Shown here: piece by piece, positions 60,104-64,000 of the stretch
Layout: every line of letters begins with the position of its first letter
Position numbering within the stretch: the first letter of the stretch is position 1
Assembly (NCBI GenBank): GCA_034089285.1
Contig: JAXDUM010000076.1
Coordinates: forward strand, 27,996-91,995
DNA: 64,000 bases
Direction: 5' to 3'
Source: Candidatus Cryptobacteroides sp.
Lineage (GTDB): Bacteria > Bacteroidota > Bacteroidia > Bacteroidales > UBA932
Notes under the pieces: model-generated
The model's database searches: none
What the model was told of the DNA's origin: nothing
What the model saw: the letters and a program-made list of their open reading frames with translations, nothing else
Program-made: the position numbers and the translations under genes

Positions 60104-61285
60104 CTACCACAGGAAATTATTGAATGGATACCTTCCTGCGTGTATTTCCGCGACCATCTTGTAGATGTCGTTCCTGAGTTTGTCAATGCCTATTTTCTCT
60201 TTTGCCGATATGAATATGCAAGGTGTTTTTTCCTCCGCTATCCAGCTGTTTTTCAGTTCTTCAAGAGATCTGTTCGCCTTAGTCTTCGGTTCAAGTGAAA
60301 ATTCGTCATACTCTTCGTATTGATATGCATCTATCTTATTGAAAATGACATATATAGGCTTATTGTCAGCCTTTATGTCCCTCAGCGTCTGCTCCACTAC
60401 TTCCATCTGTTCCTCGAAACCTGGATGTGAAATATCGACTACATGCACGAGTATGTCAGCTTCACGAACTTCGTCCAATGTACTCTTGAATGCTTCTATG
60501 AGCTGTGTAGGGAGTTTTCTGATGAATCCTACGGTATCGCTGAGAAGAAATGGACAATTTTCGATCACGACTTTCCTTACTGTAGTATCCAGAGTTGCAA
60601 ACAGCTTGTTTTCGGCGAATACGTCGCTTTTTGAGAGGAGATTCATCAGTGTGCTCTTGCCTACATTGGTGTAACCTACAAGTGAAAGTCTTACCAGCTG
60701 GCCCCTGTTGCCCCTCTGTGTGGCCATCTGACGGTCAACTTTCTTGAGTTGCTCTTTCAGCTTGCTGATTTTCTCCTTGACGATTCGGCGGTCAATCTCA
60801 ATCTGTGTCTCACCCATACCCCCACGTGTTCCTACTCCACCTCTCTGTCTCTCAAGATGGGTCCACATACCTGCCAGGCGGGGGAGCATGTAGTTGTATC
60901 TGGCCAGTTCGACCTGCATCTTGGCGTATGCTGTCTTGGCCCGCTGTGCAAAAATCTCCAGAATAAGACTTGTTCTGTCAATGACAATGCTGCATTTTAC
61001 TACTTTTTCAATATTCCTCTGCTGGGTTCCGGATAGTTCATCGTCGAAAATGACGTATTTTATCTCATTAGCCTCGCAATAGTCTGCGATTTCCTGCAGT
61101 TTACCGCTTCTTATGTATGTTGCATTGTCAGGTCTTTCAAGCCTCTGCACAAACTTCTTATCACCTTCTACACCGGCAGTCTCCGCAAGAAATTGAAGTT
61201 CATCAAGATACTCTTCTACTTTCGAGTCTGATTCACCCTCTTTGATGATTCCTACGAATACCGCTTTTTCCTTCAGTTGATCCAT
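60104..61285 (-). CDS. hflX: GTPase HflX
   Basis: DRT.LIL.IF..RA, GETQIEIDRR, GYTNVGKST, LFATLDTT, DTVGFI and NKID motifs. Confidence 0.97.
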   Translation of the reverse strand: MDQLKEKAVFVGIIKEGESDSKVEEYLDELQFLAETAGVEGDKKFVQRLERPDNATYIRSGKLQEIADYCEANEIKYVIFDDELSGTQQRNIEKVVKCSIVIDRTSLILEIFAQRAKTAYAKMQVELARYNYMLPRLAGMWTHLERQRGGVGTRGGMGETQIEIDRRIVKEKISKLKEQLKKVDRQMATQRGNRGQLVRLSLVGYTNVGKSTLMNLLSKSDVFAENKLFATLDTTVRKVVIENCPFLLSDTVGFIRKLPTQLIEAFKSTLDEVREADILVHVVDISHPGFEEQMEVVEQTLRDIKADNKPIYVIFNKIDAYQYEEYDEFSLEPKTKANRSLEELKNSWIAEEKTPCIFISAKEKIGIDKLRNDIYKMVAEIHAGRYPFNNFLW

Positions 61286-61310
61286 ATTCCTTTACCTATT
61301 TTTACACAAT

Positions 61311-61364
61311 AAGAGGTAGCCGGATTCCTTTCTCTCGAAAGTTCAGAATCCGAACCACCTCTTT
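61311..61364. other. Stem-loop between tonB and hflX
   Basis: AAGAGGT..CGGATTC...GAATCCG..ACCTCTT nested inverted repeat. Confidence 0.45.
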
Positions 61365-61383
61365 AATTATCAGATAGTTGCGT

Positions 61384-62076
61384 TTATCGAAGCTGGAAGA
61401 TTACAGGGAAGGTGTAGGTTACCTTTACTGCACGGTCTCTCTGCTTTCCAGGTTTCCATTTAGGTGAGCTGGAAACGACCCTGACAGCCTCCTTGTCAAG
61501 TGATGAGTCAACTCCGCGGAGTACCTTCACGTTTGATACTGTACCGTCGGCGTTCACTGTGAACTGGAGAGTCACACGGCCCTGTACACCATTTTCCTTG
61601 GCAATTTCAGGATAAACGAGCCTTGAGTTCACCCATTTTGAGAACTCGTTGGCATCACCTCCGTTGAATGAAGGCTTCTCCTCCACGAGCTGGAAAGGAA
61701 TGGCTTCCTCTTCGATGGTTTCCTCTTCAGGTGCGCTCTCGATGTAGTCCATGATCTCGAAACCCTCGTTGCTGTCCTCGATGTTCTGGAACATGCTGTC
61801 GTCAACCTTGATGTTGTCATCAACGATATCGATCTGATCAGAGAGAATCGGAATCTTAGGTGCAGCCTCAGGTGGTGGAGGTGTCTCCTCTGTGATAGGA
61901 ACCATATCCTCTACTTCTACGACTGTCTGGTCAGCCTCGAGCGTGGCTACCTTCTTCTCTCTGGAAGTGTAGCTGAATGCTCCCCAGACGATAAGCAGGG
62001 CAATAACCATTCCTATTTCAGTGAACAGGAACCGCTTGTTTTCCATGCTTGCCTTTTCCGTTTTCTTGATTTCCAT
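61384..62076 (-). CDS. tonB: Energy transducer TonB
   Basis: N-terminal TM; PPPP linker; C-terminal YPEIAKENGVQGRV...LDKEAVRVV...W.PGKQR domain. Confidence 0.92.
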   Translation of the reverse strand: MEIKKTEKASMENKRFLFTEIGMVIALLIVWGAFSYTSREKKVATLEADQTVVEVEDMVPITEETPPPPEAAPKIPILSDQIDIVDDNIKVDDSMFQNIEDSNEGFEIMDYIESAPEEETIEEEAIPFQLVEEKPSFNGGDANEFSKWVNSRLVYPEIAKENGVQGRVTLQFTVNADGTVSNVKVLRGVDSSLDKEAVRVVSSSPKWKPGKQRDRAVKVTYTFPVIFQLR

Positions 62077-62193
62077 ATATCAATGTTTTTATTTGTCGAT
62101 TAGCGAGCCAAAGTTATAAATAATTCTTTTCTTTTCAAATATTTTTCTGCCTTTAATTCTCTTTTTGCTACATTTGTGCAAATTTTATGTCCT

Positions 62194-62616
62194 ATGATTT
62201 CTTATTTATTTGAGGATACACGTTTCAAATTCAATATCAGGAGGTTCACTAACAGATGGCTGAAGGCAGTTGCCGAGGCTGAGAAACGCAGCATCGGTGA
62301 GATCAATATTATTTTCTGTTCCGACCCTTACATTCTCGATGTCAATATCAGGTCCCTCGATCATCATTACTATACTGACATCATCACTTTTGATTACTGC
62401 GAGGGGGATATTCTTTCCGGTGACCTTTTCATCAGTGTCGATACTGTCAGGGACAATTCTGCATTTTACAAGACAGATTTCGATACCGAGCTTAACCGAG
62501 TCATTGTCCACGGTATTCTTCATCTTATAGGTTATGATGATCATTGCGATGAAGATATTGCCGAGATGCGTGCAAAGGAGAATTATTATCTGGATATAAG
62601 AAAGAACTTGCAATAA
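62194..62616 (+). CDS. ybeY: rRNA maturation RNase YbeY
   Basis: [14 protein letters not shown] and [12 protein letters not shown] metal-binding motif. Confidence 0.95.
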   Translation: MISYLFEDTRFKFNIRRFTNRWLKAVAEAEKRSIGEINIIFCSDPYILDVNIRSLDHHYYTDIITFDYCEGDILSGDLFISVDTVRDNSAFYKTDFDTELNRVIVHGILHLIGYDDHCDEDIAEMRAKENYYLDIRKNLQ

Positions 62617-64000
62617 TGAAGACTTACGACGTTATCGTCATCGGGGGAGGACATGCAGGTTGCGAGGCTGCAATGGCAGCATCTAATCTTGGCTGCTCAG
62701 TCCTTCTAATTACAATGGATTTTACCGGCCTTGCCAGGATGTCATGTAATCCGTCAATCGGTGGAATTGCCAAGGGTCAGATAGTCCGGGAGATCGATGC
62801 TCTCGGCGGATACACCGGAATCGTGACCGATGCCTCGACACTTCAATTTCGCATGCTCAACCGGTCAAAGGGCCCGGCAATGTGGAGTCCAAGGGCACAA
62901 TGCGATAAAATCAAATTTTCCCTGTACTGGCGTCAAATTCTCGAAAGTAATTGTAAATTAGATACTTACATAGATTCCGTCACTTCTCTTCTCTTTGAGA
63001 ATCAAAAATTTTGCGGTGTCCGCACACTTACTGGGGCAATTTTCAATTCTCAGAAGGTTATAATTACCGCCGGAACCTTCCTTGACGGTAAAATTTTCAT
63101 TGGAAGGACTGAGTTCGAGGGAGGAAGGATTGGAGAGTCACCTTCACACGGTTTGTCAGCCCAGCTTGCCGAAAGGGGAGTGACAGTCGACAGGATGAAG
63201 ACAGGTACACCTCCTCGCATCAAGCTTCGTTCTGTTGACCTTTCAAAATCTGTTGTTCAGAACGGCGACGTGAAACCTGACAAGTTTTCTTATCTGCCTT
63301 ATCTCTCTTCAGTGCAGAATGGAAATCCACAGATACCTTGCTTTATTTTTCATACCAATCCCGAGGTTCATGATATTCTTCGTACAGGATTTTCAGACTC
63401 TCCGCTGTTTTCAGGATTGATTCATGGAAAGGGTCCCCGCTACTGTCCAAGCATAGAGGATAAGCTCCGCACTTTTGCGGACAAGGATTCACATCAGTTA
63501 TTCCTCGAGCCTGAAGGCAGAACTACAGATGAGTATTATCTCCAAGGTTTTTCTTCTTCACTACCTCTGGAAATTCAGCTTAAGGCTTTACGTGCTGTTG
63601 AGGGTTTTGAGAATGTCGAGATTTACAGGCCAGCCTATGCTGTCGAATATGATTATTTCGATCCGGTTCTTTTGAAACCCACATTGGAATCCCGATGTAT
63701 CGATGGGGTATATTTTGCCGGCCAGTTAAATGGTACTACCGGTTATGAGGAAGCGGCTGCTCAGGGATTGATGGCAGGAATCAATGCTGCCCTGTCCGTT
63801 AAGGAGAAGGATCCATTCGTGCTCAGGCGTGACGAATCTTATATCGGAGTCTTGATTGATGACCTGATTACAAAGGGAGTGGATGAACCTTACAGGATGT
63901 TTACTTCACGTGCCGAGTATAGAATTCTTCTTCGTCAGGACAATGCGGATTATCGTCTGACTTCCAGATCACATGATATTGGTCTCGCTGACGAATTCAG
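62616..64000 (+). CDS. mnmG: tRNA uridine 5-carboxymethylaminomethyl modification enzyme MnmG/GidA (runs off the window end; not in the ORF track)
   Basis: TAATG overlap with ybeY; [43 protein letters not shown] and [17 protein letters not shown] motifs. Confidence 0.96.
   Translation, partial: MKTYDVIVIGGGHAGCEAAMAASNLGCSVLLITMDFTGLARMSCNPSIGGIAKGQIVREIDALGGYTGIVTDASTLQFRMLNRSKGPAMWSPRAQCDKIKFSLYWRQILESNCKLDTYIDSVTSLLFENQKFCGVRTLTGAIFNSQKVIITAGTFLDGKIFIGRTEFEGGRIGESPSHGLSAQLAERGVTVDRMKTGTPPRIKLRSVDLSKSVVQNGDVKPDKFSYLPYLSSVQNGNPQIPCFIFHTNPEVHDILRTGFSDSPLFSGLIHGKGPRYCPSIEDKLRTFADKDSHQLFLEPEGRTTDEYYLQGFSSSLPLEIQLKALRAVEGFENVEIYRPAYAVEYDYFDPVLLKPTLESRCIDGVYFAGQLNGTTGYEEAAAQGLMAGINAALSVKEKDPFVLRRDESYIGVLIDDLITKGVDEPYRMFTSRAEYRILLRQDNADYRLTSRSHDIGLADEF

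Noticed and set aside
1-64000. CRISPR array, prophage, rRNA or autonomous IS element
   Set aside because: I saw no regularly spaced repeats, cas, phage, integrase or transposase genes, or rRNA sequence.

Overview
A gene-dense chromosomal segment from a Bacteroidales bacterium, judged from TAnnTTTG promoter elements, a SusC/SusD pair and Bacteroidota-type gene order. Most of it is housekeeping: rpsG (partial), rpsL, recO, rdgB, rsmA, aspS, folA, thyA, galM, tRNA-Gly, mtgA, galK, ndk, ychF, ppiD, lptC, coaX, mfd, ruvB, sdhA/sdhB, hflX, tonB, ybeY and mnmG (partial). It also carries a GH27+GH5 pair and a polysaccharide utilisation locus (SusC, SusD, surface lipoprotein, HExxH BSP-like lipoprotein, GH92, GH92-BSP fusion). 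The most striking unexplained feature is a ~1.25 kb element with no credible ORF (38760-40005). It is bounded by a 9-bp direct repeat and imperfect terminal inverted repeats and is packed with long stems whose G-T wobbles favour the + strand. It also has two analogous bistable rod/twin-hairpin modules and a pair of covarying hairpins with complementary loops. It is a candidate new large structured RNA or non-autonomous mobile element. Also notable are a likely oriC (phased DnaA-box array between mfd and ruvB) and a sigma54-type promoter plus terminator defining a ~150-nt sRNA upstream of rpsL. All calls were made by eye; no searches or folding programs were run.
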